This document shows positions 18,718 to 27,834 of a stretch of DNA of 64,000 nt, piece by piece (positions within the stretch are counted from its first letter, which is position 1; each line of letters starts with the position of its first letter). The position numbers and the translations under genes were made by a program. Location: the NCBI GenBank assembly GCA_050246755.1, contig JBFWVL010000002.1, forward strand, positions 160,001-224,000. The letters run 5' to 3'. Below the pieces are notes generated by a model, which was not told the origin of the DNA, searched no databases, and saw only the letters and a program-made list of their open reading frames with translations. This DNA is from Bacteriovoracia bacterium. GTDB lineage: Bacteria > Bdellovibrionota > UBA1018 > CAIPTA01.

Positions 18718-19608
18718 ATGGACACATTAAGACTCAAATATTTTAGTGCGGTGGCCGAGAGCGGCAGCGTGCGCCGGGCCGCCGAAATCCTTCATGTTTC
18801 TCCGCCCTCGCTCTCGAAAGCGGTGAGCCACCTTGAGGCCGAGATCGGCGTGAAACTCTTCATCCGCGCGGGCCGTAATATCCGCCTCACCGATGCCGGG
18901 AAACGCTTCGCCGACAAAACGAAGGACCTGCTTAAATCCCTCGATGAGTTGCGCCACTCGGTGGAGGAGGAAAAAAATCCATCCCTGAGCGTGAAGCTGG
19001 CTACCTTCGAGGTATTTTCCACTTACTTTCTATCGTTTCTCGATAAGGCCGGCTGGGAAGACGCGATGCTTACCGTGCACGATGTGCTGCCCGGCGAGCT
19101 CGAACGCGCGCTCGTGGAACGCCACGTGGATGTGGGGTTGACGTATATGCCGGTGGCTCACCCCGATCTCGATTTTCTCAAGGTGGCTTCGATCGAGATG
19201 GGCGTATTCGCCTCGAAAAATGCTTTTCCCGGAGTGGGGCAGGCAGATCTGCCGTTCGTGGTGCCCGTGAATCCAATTTTCGGCACGCCTTCCCGGGTGC
19301 GCGGCCTCGACGGCTGGCCCGACGATGCCTATCCCCGCAATATCAAATATAAGGTAACTCTCCTCGAGAGCGCGCTCGAGCTTTGCCGCCAAGGCAAGGC
19401 CGCCGGGTATTTTCCCTGCTTCGTGATCGAGGCGCATAACGCCCAGGTGAAAGAAGAATTTCGTTTGGTGCGCCGGTCTTCTCCCTATAAAGGAAGGGTC
19501 TGCCGCACGGACGTATTCGTGGTGAAGAGAAAATCCGACGTGGAAAACCGCGTGATGAAGCAGTTGGCGAAAGCCGTGCGCATCGCTTGCCGCGGCGAGG
19601 CCCAGTAA
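18718..19608 (+). CDS. LysR-family transcriptional regulator
   Basis: LKYFSAVAESGSVRRAAEILHVSPPSLSKAVSHLE.EIGVKLFIR.GR.IRLTDAG helix-turn-helix. Confidence 0.92.
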   Translation: MDTLRLKYFSAVAESGSVRRAAEILHVSPPSLSKAVSHLEAEIGVKLFIRAGRNIRLTDAGKRFADKTKDLLKSLDELRHSVEEEKNPSLSVKLATFEVFSTYFLSFLDKAGWEDAMLTVHDVLPGELERALVERHVDVGLTYMPVAHPDLDFLKVASIEMGVFASKNAFPGVGQADLPFVVPVNPIFGTPSRVRGLDGWPDDAYPRNIKYKVTLLESALELCRQGKAAGYFPCFVIEAHNAQVKEEFRLVRRSSPYKGRVCRTDVFVVKRKSDVENRVMKQLAKAVRIACRGEAQ

Positions 19609-19609
19609 C

Positions 19610-20260
19610 GTGCGTCCCTTTACTTTTCCCTACGAGACGAAGGTGGAAGAACTCGAGCTCGGCAGCCGGTGCCTGAGGATCGAAAGCCTCGCGAGCCTCG
19701 ACCAAACCATCGACGCGCATTTTAAGGAATTCGAGCGCACCGGAAATACCGATCTGTTCGAGGATCTCTGCCCTTACTTTGGGAATCCCTGGCCGGCGGG
19801 CCGGGCGCTCGCGAGCTACGCGGATGAGCATTCGGGCGACTGGCGCGGGCTCGAGATCCTGGAGCTTGGCTGCGGGCTAGCGCTGCCTTCCTTGGTGCTC
19901 GCCCAGGCGGGAATAAAAGCGCGGGTGATGGACCTGCACCCCGACGTGCCGGCGTTTCTCGAGAGAAATTTAAAGCACAACTCGTTACATGGAATCGAAT
20001 GCGAAACGGCCGACTGGACCTACGGAGTTGGGGGCGCGGAGCCCGATATTCTTCTCGGCAGCGATATTCTCTACGATGCGAAAATTCCCGAAGCCTTGCT
20101 CGGCTACCTCAAAAAAAGTTCTCGCTGGCGGGAGCTGGTGATCGCCGATCCCGACCGACCTCACTTAGGGAAATTTCTCGAGGGCGTGAAGAGCCTCGGC
20201 TGGCACCTCGAAGAAGAGGGGCTAATGGGCGTGAGGATTTTCCGGATCTCGCGGGACTAA
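19610..20260 (+). CDS. Class I SAM methyltransferase (Methyltransf_16-like)
   Basis: PYFG..WPAGRALA, ILELGCGLALPSL, LGSDILY and IADP.R. Confidence 0.8.
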   Translation: MRPFTFPYETKVEELELGSRCLRIESLASLDQTIDAHFKEFERTGNTDLFEDLCPYFGNPWPAGRALASYADEHSGDWRGLEILELGCGLALPSLVLAQAGIKARVMDLHPDVPAFLERNLKHNSLHGIECETADWTYGVGGAEPDILLGSDILYDAKIPEALLGYLKKSSRWRELVIADPDRPHLGKFLEGVKSLGWHLEEEGLMGVRIFRISRD

Positions 20261-20498
20261 ATTTTGGCGAGGGAGCAATACACGGTGATCTGCCGCGAAC
20301 CGCTGTCTAAAGATTTTACGGTGCCCGAAATCCGAAGCGAACCTTTTTCACAGGTAAAGAGAGAGCAGGGGTTGCCTTTTGGTGAGGGTGGGAAAAAATC
20401 TAACATTTATGCCATGCGGCACTAGTTTCCTTCAGCGCCGGAACAGAATCCCCTATATAATCGAGGGGAACCGCCGACTTTATTCTTAGGGTGAACAT

Positions 20499-21821
20499 AT
20501 GGAAAAACTGAAAAATCTATTCAAAGCCAAAGCCGAGGCGCAAGCCGCCGAAGTAAAAGACATCATCAAGGAACATGGCACCAAGAAAATCGGTGAAGTT
20601 CAGCTAGCCCAGGCCTTTCAGGGAATGCGCGGAATCACCGGCATGATCTACGAAACTTCCTTGCTCGACGCGAACGAAGGCATTCGTTTCCGCGGCTTCA
20701 CCATCCCCGAGCTCAAAGAAAAATTGCCCAAGGCCAAAGGCGGAAAAGAGCCGCTGCCCGAAGGTTTATTCTACCTCATGCTTTCGGGCGAGATTCCCTC
20801 CGAAGCCGACGTGGCCGAGCTTTCCGCCGACTGGCGCAAGCGTTCCAAGCTTCCCGCCCACGTTTTAAAAACGATCGACGCGCTCCCTGTGTCTGCTCAT
20901 CCCATGACCCAGTTCGTGACCGGCGTGATGGCGATGCAGACCGAATCGGAGTTTTCGAAGAAATACGGCGAAGGCATGGCGAAGAAAGACTACTGGAGCT
21001 ACGCCTACGAAGACTCCATGAACCTGATTGCCCGCCTGCCGGAAGTGGCGGCGTACGTGTTCCGCCGCAAGTACCACGGCGGGAAAACGATCGCCCCTTC
21101 GGCGAACCTCGACTGGGCCGGCAACTTCGCCCATATGCTCGGCTTCGAAGGAAACGGTTTTGCGGAGCTCATGCGCATGTACCTCACGATCCACGCCGAC
21201 CACGAAGGCGGAAACGTTTCGGCGCATACCACGCATCTCGTGGGCTCGGCGCTCTCGGATCCCTACCTTTGCTTCGCGGCCGGCATGAACGGCCTCGCTG
21301 GGCCCCTCCATGGCTTAGCCAACCAAGAGGTGATCAAGTGGATCTTCGAGATGCAAAAAGCCATCGGCTCCGATAAGCCGAGCAAAGAGCAGATCGAGGC
21401 CTACGTGAAGAAGACTCTCGCCGACGGCAAGGTAGTTCCGGGCTACGGGCACGCCGTGCTCCGCAAGACCGATCCCCGCTTTACCGCCCAGCAAGAATTC
21501 GCCAAGGAACATATGGCGAATGATCCGCTGGTGAACACGGTTTGGCGGATCTTCGAAACCGTTCCGCCGATTCTCTCCACTATGGGCAAGATCAAAAACC
21601 CTTGGCCGAACGTGGACGCTCACTCCGGCGCGCTCCTGTTGCATTACGGAATGAAAGAATACGAATATTATACCGTGCTCTTCGGCGTGAGCCGCGCGCT
21701 CGGCGTGTTGGCGGCCCTGGTATGGAGCCGTGCGCTAGGATTTCCGCTCGAGCGCCCGAAATCCGTGACCGTGCAGAATGTGAAGGCCTGGCTCAAGGGC
21801 GAAGACGAAATCTGGGAGTAA
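20499..21821 (+). CDS. gltA: Citrate (Si)-synthase, eukaryote/mitochondrial type
   Basis: GMRGI..MIYETSLLD..EGIRFRG, IHADHEGGNVSAH, LAGPLHGLANQEV, PGYGHAVLRKTDPR and NPWPNVDAHSG. Confidence 0.95.
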   Translation: MEKLKNLFKAKAEAQAAEVKDIIKEHGTKKIGEVQLAQAFQGMRGITGMIYETSLLDANEGIRFRGFTIPELKEKLPKAKGGKEPLPEGLFYLMLSGEIPSEADVAELSADWRKRSKLPAHVLKTIDALPVSAHPMTQFVTGVMAMQTESEFSKKYGEGMAKKDYWSYAYEDSMNLIARLPEVAAYVFRRKYHGGKTIAPSANLDWAGNFAHMLGFEGNGFAELMRMYLTIHADHEGGNVSAHTTHLVGSALSDPYLCFAAGMNGLAGPLHGLANQEVIKWIFEMQKAIGSDKPSKEQIEAYVKKTLADGKVVPGYGHAVLRKTDPRFTAQQEFAKEHMANDPLVNTVWRIFETVPPILSTMGKIKNPWPNVDAHSGALLLHYGMKEYEYYTVLFGVSRALGVLAALVWSRALGFPLERPKSVTVQNVKAWLKGEDEIWE

Positions 21822-21866
21822 GCTGCCCATAATCTGGTCACTGACCGCTGACTAATAAAAAACAGG

Positions 21867-21897
21867 AAGGCGGAAACGGAATGGTTTCCGCCTTTTT
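21867..21897 (+). terminator. Intrinsic terminator after citrate synthase
   Basis: AAGGCGGAAAC-6 nt loop-GTTTCCGCCTT followed by a T run. Confidence 0.8.
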
Positions 21898-22002
21898 GCA
21901 TTTTTGCCCTGTCTCCACGCGGCCCTTTCTTCTCCTTACCGACTTTCAGGAATTGTTCGGCGCGCCCGATAGGTTCTCGGGCCGTAAAAAGGGGGGAGCA
22001 GT

Positions 22003-22392
22003 ATGAGAAGAGTTTTCCTGAAAGAAGAAGCGTCGGGCAAATATTCATTACGCGGATTTGGCGAGAGCATCGCGGGGGCTGACGGAAAGCGGCCTTTTCA
22101 TTTGGTGATTGAATCGCGGAGCCGCGATCTATTGCTAGAATTTCCCGAAACTTGCCTGTTCGACCTGTTCGTGCGCTTCGACCTCAATTCCGCGGCCTAT
22201 AAAGAAAACCGCTTCTCCTGCGAGAACTTCGTGCACGTAACCTACGAAGAGCGGGAATGCGTGGTGGAGGCAGGTAGCGGAACGCTCTACGATTTCTTCA
22301 AGGAAAGGGCGGGCACCGGCCGCTGCGCCTTGCAGAGCCCGCGGCCGATCGCGTTTTATTGGAAGGGCAGTTCCGACCAGGACGCCGCCTAA
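22003..22392 (+). CDS. Hypothetical protein
   Basis: GGGGAG SD; 129-aa ORF fills the gap. Confidence 0.6.
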   Translation: MRRVFLKEEASGKYSLRGFGESIAGADGKRPFHLVIESRSRDLLLEFPETCLFDLFVRFDLNSAAYKENRFSCENFVHVTYEERECVVEAGSGTLYDFFKERAGTGRCALQSPRPIAFYWKGSSDQDAA

Positions 22393-22456
22393 ACAAAAAG
22401 CCCCGCGCTCCCGGAAGCAGGTGGCGTTCCCGGCGCGCTGGATTATACTTTAGGCT

Positions 22457-22960
22457 ATGGAATCACAGAAAAAAGCATTCACGATCGCTGGCGCCGCCAT
22501 TCTGATCATGGCCTGCGCCATGGTGGGTTTTTACTTTGTAAAAGACCGCACGAGAAAAACGGACTCCGATATCGACCTCAATCAAAAAGTGGAAGCCCCG
22601 GCTAGCGGAGAAAAGTCGGAGTTCGTAGGAATGTATTCTCCCCAGATTGCGCTCGAAGCCAGCGGAAAGCGCATCGTATTTTTTCAGGTGAACCGCAAGG
22701 AGGACGGCGGTTACCTCGGCTCGGCCAAGGTGGATACCATTGGCGAGGCCGAGTCGGCATTCCTGAATTGCGTGGACGTTAAGATCGACGAAAAGGATTT
22801 TTTCCTGAAATGCGTGGACGATAAGGTGGGCGTGATCTCGCTCAACGGGCGCTGGGCCAAGGGCGACGCGGGCATCACCGTGGACGGTAAAGTGCTTTGG
22901 TCTAAAGACGGAAATGCGTTCCTCGATCAAGCCACCCAGTTCACCCTTGCGCCGCTATAG
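22457..22960 (+). CDS. Membrane-anchored hypothetical protein
   Basis: N-terminal TM helix, beta-rich body with a Cys pair. Confidence 0.65.
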   Translation: MESQKKAFTIAGAAILIMACAMVGFYFVKDRTRKTDSDIDLNQKVEAPASGEKSEFVGMYSPQIALEASGKRIVFFQVNRKEDGGYLGSAKVDTIGEAESAFLNCVDVKIDEKDFFLKCVDDKVGVISLNGRWAKGDAGITVDGKVLWSKDGNAFLDQATQFTLAPL

Positions 22961-23026
22961 CGGCAATTTTACCCAAAGCTCTTTACCTGGACCGACGCTT
23001 GCACCTCCCTGAGCTTTGGAGGTTCC

Positions 23027-23308
23027 ATGAATGTTTCCGCAATGATCAATAAGAATCTCGTGAGCATGGACGAGTCGAGCTCGGTGCGCGCCGTAGCGCA
23101 GCGAATGCTCGACGAGAAAGTTTCCTCCATTCTCGTAACCCGCGGCAGCGCGATCGTGGGCCTGGTGACCGCCCATGATCTTCTCGGGTACTTGGTGAAG
23201 AATCTCGGAGACGAGAAAAACCAAGATAGGGGCGGAGCACTGGAAGGCTTTCCCTACTCGCCGTTGTTTACCGAAGCCATGCGCGAGCTGAATGCGGCGG
23301 GGATCTAG
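23027..23308 (+). CDS. Single CBS-domain protein
   Basis: VSAMINKNLVSM..SSSVRAVAQRM...VSSILV....IVGLVTAHDLL; GGAGG SD. Confidence 0.75.
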   Translation: MNVSAMINKNLVSMDESSSVRAVAQRMLDEKVSSILVTRGSAIVGLVTAHDLLGYLVKNLGDEKNQDRGGALEGFPYSPLFTEAMRELNAAGI

Positions 23309-23340
23309 GTTTTTTCGCGATTGCGCGTTACAAGAGCGGG

Positions 23341-23985
23341 ATGCGCGTCTTAGACCCCAATAATCCATTTCCATTCTGGGAAGAAAATTCTTACGCGGAA
23401 GAAAAGGAATATAGCGCCGCCGCCGACGCCTGGCTGGGCCTGCGCATTTCCGAAATCGAAGCGGCGCTCCCTCCTTCCCGGGAATTTGAGCAGAACTGGG
23501 CCAGTAAAGGCGCCGATATTTTTCTGACTCCCTATACCGAGCTGCGCAGGATCGCCGAAAGTCTTCCGCTCAAAGCCGGCGATACCGTGGTGGATTTAGG
23601 CGCGGGGTATGGCCGCCTGGGCTTCGTGCTGGAAAGGCATTTCCCCGGCATAAAATTCGTGGGCTACGAACTGGTGCCGGAACGTGTGCAGGAAGGAAAC
23701 CGGGTACTAAATGCCCACGGCTGCAAAAACGCGGAGCTGCTTGCTGCCGACCTCACGAAAATTATTCCCGTGGCCGCGCCCTTTTATTTTCTCTACGACT
23801 ACGGTACCCGCGGGGCGATCGAAAAAACGCTCGGTGACCTGCGCGGTATTTCCGCCAAGCAGGGCATTACGCTCGTGGGCCGTGGCCGGGCGGTACGCGA
23901 CGCGGTGGAAAAAAGGCATCCCTGGCTGGGAGAAGTGGTCGCGCCGGAGCACCACGCGCACTATTCCATTTATAGATCGAGCTGA
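23341..23985 (+). CDS. Class I SAM-dependent methyltransferase
   Basis: Motif I VVDLGAGYGRLG, acidic motif II GYELVPER, and ADL. Confidence 0.75.
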   Translation: MRVLDPNNPFPFWEENSYAEEKEYSAAADAWLGLRISEIEAALPPSREFEQNWASKGADIFLTPYTELRRIAESLPLKAGDTVVDLGAGYGRLGFVLERHFPGIKFVGYELVPERVQEGNRVLNAHGCKNAELLAADLTKIIPVAAPFYFLYDYGTRGAIEKTLGDLRGISAKQGITLVGRGRAVRDAVEKRHPWLGEVVAPEHHAHYSIYRSS

Positions 23986-24722
23986 GGAGAGGGCGCCGGA
24001 AAGGGGGGGAGATCCGCCATCTTCGGCAAGGGTTTCAGGCTCGCGATGATTTGCTCCAGGGGTACATAGGCTAGCCAATCGAGCACGGAGAGATCGGCCG
24101 AGCGCAGCGGATCGTCCGGACGCAGCGAGCGGAAGTGTTGCCAGCGCACGCGGATATCGGCCGCGCGGAAAGCGGCGAGATCGAGGTAGCGCGTGGCGCC
24201 TAGGCCGGAATAGTATTCGTCGGCGGAAAACTCGCGGCAGAGAGCGATCAAGCGCTCGCTCTTTACGCCGGATTCCGGAAAATCGCCGGCGCGGGCCGAA
24301 GGGGGATCGAGTTTCAAAAATTCGCTCACGGCGGTTACGCTGCCGGCGCAAAGATCAAACAGATACTTGCGCTCGTCCGCACGCTCGAAAAACGGGCGGA
24401 TCAAGGGCTCGAGCTGGTTCTTGAAGTGAGGCGCGGCGCCGTAGAGGGTGCGCAGCGTTTCCCAGTGGATCCGGGGCCAGTTGCGGCTATGGTCTATTTG
24501 AATGTCCCGAAATGGTTTCGTGCGGTGTCCATGCCCATGCACCGGCACGGTGAGCCAGTGGCGGCTTTCGGTATTTCCGGGAGAGGGAACGCGGGTGCGG
24601 TGCTGGCGGCCCTGGCGGATCCACTGCACGGTATCGAGGTAGATGAAAAGATCGGCGCTGGCGATTTGTTCAAAATATCCAAGCCAGGGAAAATAATTCG
24701 GTTGCTGACAAACCAAGCGCAT
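23970..24722 (-). CDS. WbqC-family protein
   Basis: QPNYFPWLGYF..I..ADLFIYLD.VQ, WLTVPV, Y.SG.GA..YLD and LSVLD.L. Confidence 0.88.
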   Translation of the reverse strand: MRLVCQQPNYFPWLGYFEQIASADLFIYLDTVQWIRQGRQHRTRVPSPGNTESRHWLTVPVHGHGHRTKPFRDIQIDHSRNWPRIHWETLRTLYGAAPHFKNQLEPLIRPFFERADERKYLFDLCAGSVTAVSEFLKLDPPSARAGDFPESGVKSERLIALCREFSADEYYSGLGATRYLDLAAFRAADIRVRWQHFRSLRPDDPLRSADLSVLDWLAYVPLEQIIASLKPLPKMADLPPFPAPSPQLDL

Positions 24723-24818
24723 GCCTCCAGGCTAGCACTACAATTTCGTCTCACCAATACGCTAATGGTTTGAATCGAGGAGATCTTTTGCTAAAACCTA
24801 AGTAAACGGGGTGACTCT

Positions 24819-25271
24819 ATGCGATTTCTTCTAGTGGCGATGACGGTATTTTTCTCGGTGCAGGCGTTTGCCGGCGGAGGCACGGGGGTGGGAGTGGTGC
24901 TCGGAAGCCCGAACGGGGTAACCGCGCGGCACTGGATCGATGATCAGCAGTCGATCGAGGGATCGGCCGGCTGGGCTATCACGAAATCCCGCTTTCAGCT
25001 GAATACCAACTACCTCTGGAATCAGCCCGGCATGGTTTTGATCGGCGACGAAAAAATCGACCTATTTTTCGGCCTAGGCCTCTCCCTACGCTCGAAATCC
25101 GGAACCGCGGATAACGAAGTGGTATTCGGTCCGCGCTTGCCCGTGGGCTTAGCCTACGAATTTGCGAACCCCGATATCGAGCTTTTCACGCAGGCCGCGG
25201 TGAACGTGGGACTGATTCCCAGCTCCGATATCTATTTCGACGCGAATATCGGAGTTCGTTTCTATTTCTGA
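24819..25271 (+). CDS. Small outer-membrane beta-barrel protein (DUF3996-like)
   Basis: Signal peptide, GVGVVLG.P.G.T, G.RLPVGL.Y and C-terminal GVRFYF BAM-type signal. Confidence 0.75.
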   Translation: MRFLLVAMTVFFSVQAFAGGGTGVGVVLGSPNGVTARHWIDDQQSIEGSAGWAITKSRFQLNTNYLWNQPGMVLIGDEKIDLFFGLGLSLRSKSGTADNEVVFGPRLPVGLAYEFANPDIELFTQAAVNVGLIPSSDIYFDANIGVRFYF

Positions 25272-25711
25272 TCTCCGCCATCCGTGAGGAAATAACGGCG
25301 GGGGGCGCCCTCGAGCACGAGGCGGGATTTGCCTCCCTTATTGAATTCGATCGTCCATTCGGCGGGCAGACGGCATTTGGTTTTGGCCACGCTATCGCGC
25401 AGAAGCATGGTGATTCCCTCTTCCGAATCCGACTGAGCCGTATACACCGGGCCGCAGCGGGAACTCCGCGTTTGCTTTAGCTGGAAGTGCACTTCTCCTT
25501 TGGGGGTGAGTAGCATGTAGCCGGTCACGCCCACGCCATCCGTAAATTCCTGGAGCACGATCGCCCGGTCCACGGATTTAAAAACTCCGGTGGCCACGCT
25601 CGCATTTAAGTCGCCTTTGGCGTCCACGCGCACGCGTCCCGGCACGAAGTCGGCTTTGGCTACGAGAGTAGCCAATAAGAGAATCGGTAAGAGATAGAGT
25701 AGTTTCGTCAT
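25262..25711 (-). CDS. Secreted hypothetical protein
   Basis: AAGGAGG SD before ATG 25711; signal peptide ending AKA; a Cys pair. Confidence 0.7.
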   Translation of the reverse strand: MTKLLYLLPILLLATLVAKADFVPGRVRVDAKGDLNASVATGVFKSVDRAIVLQEFTDGVGVTGYMLLTPKGEVHFQLKQTRSSRCGPVYTAQSDSEEGITMLLRDSVAKTKCRLPAEWTIEFNKGGKSRLVLEGAPRRYFLTDGGDQK

Positions 25712-25772
25712 GAGAGGCCTCCTTGCCAAAGATGAGTGAGCATCCCCGGTCTGATTGACAATGCCCTACAGT

Positions 25773-25788
25773 CGCAAGGCGTATGCCA
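25773..25788 (-). promoter_or_regulatory. sigma54 (-24/-12) promoter
   Basis: Minus strand reads TGGCATACGCCTTGCG with exact GG-N10-GC spacing. Confidence 0.7.
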
Positions 25789-25979
25789 TGGGCGAAGTGT
25801 AGAAATTTTGCGAGAGCTTCCGTGTAACAATACGCCACGGGGCGAAATTCCCGAACTCACTGCGACGGTTCGTCAGGAATGGAGAGATTTGACTCAAAAA
25901 AATTGTACGCGGAGCAGTATTTGCGGGATTTTTTCTTTACGACCGTTTCGCTCCCAACATAGAATTTTTTGGGGGTTTG

Positions 25980-26423
25980 ATGAGGGTTATTCTCTGGGTG
26001 AGTTGCCTAGCCTTGGTGGGCTGCGCGACAAATCGCCCGAAAGAAAATTCTGATTGCACGCGTCGCGTGGCATTCCAAAAAGGCGTGAATGACGCCACCA
26101 TCGGACGCACGCGCGAAGTAGCCAAAGCTTGCCGGGCGGAAGTTCGCGCCGGCCTTTTGCAATCCTATCATGAAGGATTTGAATCCGTGCGCTCGCGGCG
26201 CTTAGGGCAGGGCCGCGGCCCTACGGGACGCATTCGCGTGGTGAGTTCATTGCCTTCGGCGCTCAATAATCCTACCTGGGTTTGCGAGGTGGAGGCAGCC
26301 GAGAAAATTTTCACGGGAGTAGGCACCAGCCAGGAAGAGGCGTCTACCGCCGCGCACTCCACGTGCAGCTCCCATTTACAGGCATCCTACTGCCGCAAAA
26401 CCGAGTGTAAAGAAAATCTCTAG
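25980..26423 (+). CDS. Cys-rich lipoprotein (N-terminal part DUF2799-like)
   Basis: Lipobox LVGC; AFQKG.ND...G and Y.EGF motifs; C-terminal multi-Cys domain. Confidence 0.65.
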   Translation: MRVILWVSCLALVGCATNRPKENSDCTRRVAFQKGVNDATIGRTREVAKACRAEVRAGLLQSYHEGFESVRSRRLGQGRGPTGRIRVVSSLPSALNNPTWVCEVEAAEKIFTGVGTSQEEASTAAHSTCSSHLQASYCRKTECKENL

Positions 26424-27169
26424 AGAGCGTCGGCGAGCAAGGTGCCGCGGGCATTGCGCATCAGCGTGGGCTGTTTGGCGAATCGCGAAGAATCGTTCTG
26501 GCGCAGCTTCGCGGTGCGGGTTTGGATATTGCGCACGTAGTGTTCTACCGCACCGAGCTCGTAGTTTCCGCTTTTGAGGCGGCTGCGCAAGGCGGTGGGA
26601 CCCATATTATAAGCGGCCAAGTAGTGCAGCGAGTTGCCGAAGCGGCCACGCAAGTAGGAGAGGTAGGCGGCGCCGAGGCGCAGGTTCACCGCAGGGTCGT
26701 AGAGGTCTTCTTCCGAGCGGTACGATTTAATGTGATACATCTGGGCCACTTCTTTGGCCGTATCGGGCAAGAGCTGCATGAGGCCCACGGCGCCTTTTTT
26801 CGAAACCACGCTATAGCGGTAGCTGGATTCCGTCTCGATTACCGAGAGGATGAGGCCGGGAGAAAGCATATGGCGCTCGCTCAGCTGGAGCAGTAATTTG
26901 GCGAGCTTATACGAGTCTTTTTTGTGCTCGGCGGGCAAGCGCGTGGAAAGGTGCAGCGCAACCTCGGACAGGTTTAGGTCCTGGTAGCTGTCTTCCATGG
27001 GGCGTAAATCGGTGGTGGAGGCAGAATCCATCAAAGGCAACGAGGCCGAGATGAAAAGAATGCCGGCTAGCATAAGCGTAGGAACACGAAGGTGCTCGCG
27101 GATTTCGTTCTCCGCATTGATCCCCTGAAGGGTGAAGTAAGCAGATACGTTATATAGAGCCTGTTGCAT
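26420..27169 (-). CDS. Lytic transglycosylase (SLT domain)
   Basis: VIETESSY (catalytic Glu), S.KGAVGLMQL, N.RLGAAYL and LAAYNMGP. Confidence 0.92.
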   Translation of the reverse strand: MQQALYNVSAYFTLQGINAENEIREHLRVPTLMLAGILFISASLPLMDSASTTDLRPMEDSYQDLNLSEVALHLSTRLPAEHKKDSYKLAKLLLQLSERHMLSPGLILSVIETESSYRYSVVSKKGAVGLMQLLPDTAKEVAQMYHIKSYRSEEDLYDPAVNLRLGAAYLSYLRGRFGNSLHYLAAYNMGPTALRSRLKSGNYELGAVEHYVRNIQTRTAKLRQNDSSRFAKQPTLMRNARGTLLADAL

Positions 27170-27215
27170 AAAAAGCGTCCTTTCCTAAATCGCCGTCCTG
27201 GCTTGTGACTATAGT

Positions 27216-27232
27216 CGCAGGAAGGGTGCCAA
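27216..27232 (-). promoter_or_regulatory. sigma54 (-24/-12) promoter for the SLT gene
   Basis: Minus strand reads TTGGCACCCTTCCTGCG with GG-N10-GC spacing. Confidence 0.65.
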
Positions 27233-27394
27233 GACCGATTGCGTAGGTGCCTGAGATACCGAGGGATTTTACCGTCTCCGCGCGGAGACAGGGATTGGCA
27301 TAAGGCCGGTTCCTATACGACTGCCTAATCCTTGGACAGGGGGGTTTTATCGGTTTTGAGCTCCAGATCCATGGGGTTTAGACGATGAATAGGT

Positions 27395-27796
27395 ATGTGG
27401 TTTCTTTTCCTAGTTACGGTTTTTGCGCACGCCGAGGGGGTTCTGCCTCCCGGGAAAGTGGCCGTGGTGGAGCCGATCCGCGGTTTGATCGTGACTTGTA
27501 ATAAGAAGTACCTGCCGAAGGTTTCTGAGCTGGCCACGTTTCAACCTCCCTCTGAGCAGGTGAGCGGAGTGCTGATCGGCGCTATTTCCGAGGCACGCGA
27601 ATTGGTGAAGCCGGAGGATTACCACGGCGGTGGATTCATCGAGGCGGATGGGAAGCATGCGTGCGCTTCGGTTTCGAAGCCCCGGTATCTAGCTACGGTT
27701 TGGAATCCGGCGAAAACGAAAATTTGGTGCGCGGTGTATGACGGATATTTTCTCGGCCCCGAGGAGTGCGTGGTGGAGGAGAGGCAAGATAAATAA
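27395..27796 (+). CDS. Secreted hypothetical protein
   Basis: Short signal peptide ending AHA; four Cys. Confidence 0.6.
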   Translation: MWFLFLVTVFAHAEGVLPPGKVAVVEPIRGLIVTCNKKYLPKVSELATFQPPSEQVSGVLIGAISEARELVKPEDYHGGGFIEADGKHACASVSKPRYLATVWNPAKTKIWCAVYDGYFLGPEECVVEERQDK

Positions 27797-27834
27797 ATTT
27801 TGATTTATATTTTTTGTTTGCGTTCGCAATGTAT

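Noticed and set aside
20261-20498. Possible riboswitch in the 238-nt region upstream of citrate synthase (fragments such as GGTGC..AAATCC and CAGGTAAAGAG)
   Set aside because: Core SAM-I and glycine riboswitch elements and pairings could not be completed by eye, and a TATAAT at 20456 suggests transcription starts downstream of them. An Rfam cmscan would settle it.
25736-26053. 105-aa ORF across the divergent intergenic region
   Set aside because: It overlaps the sigma54 promoter and the lipoprotein start, has no SD and has no protein-like features.
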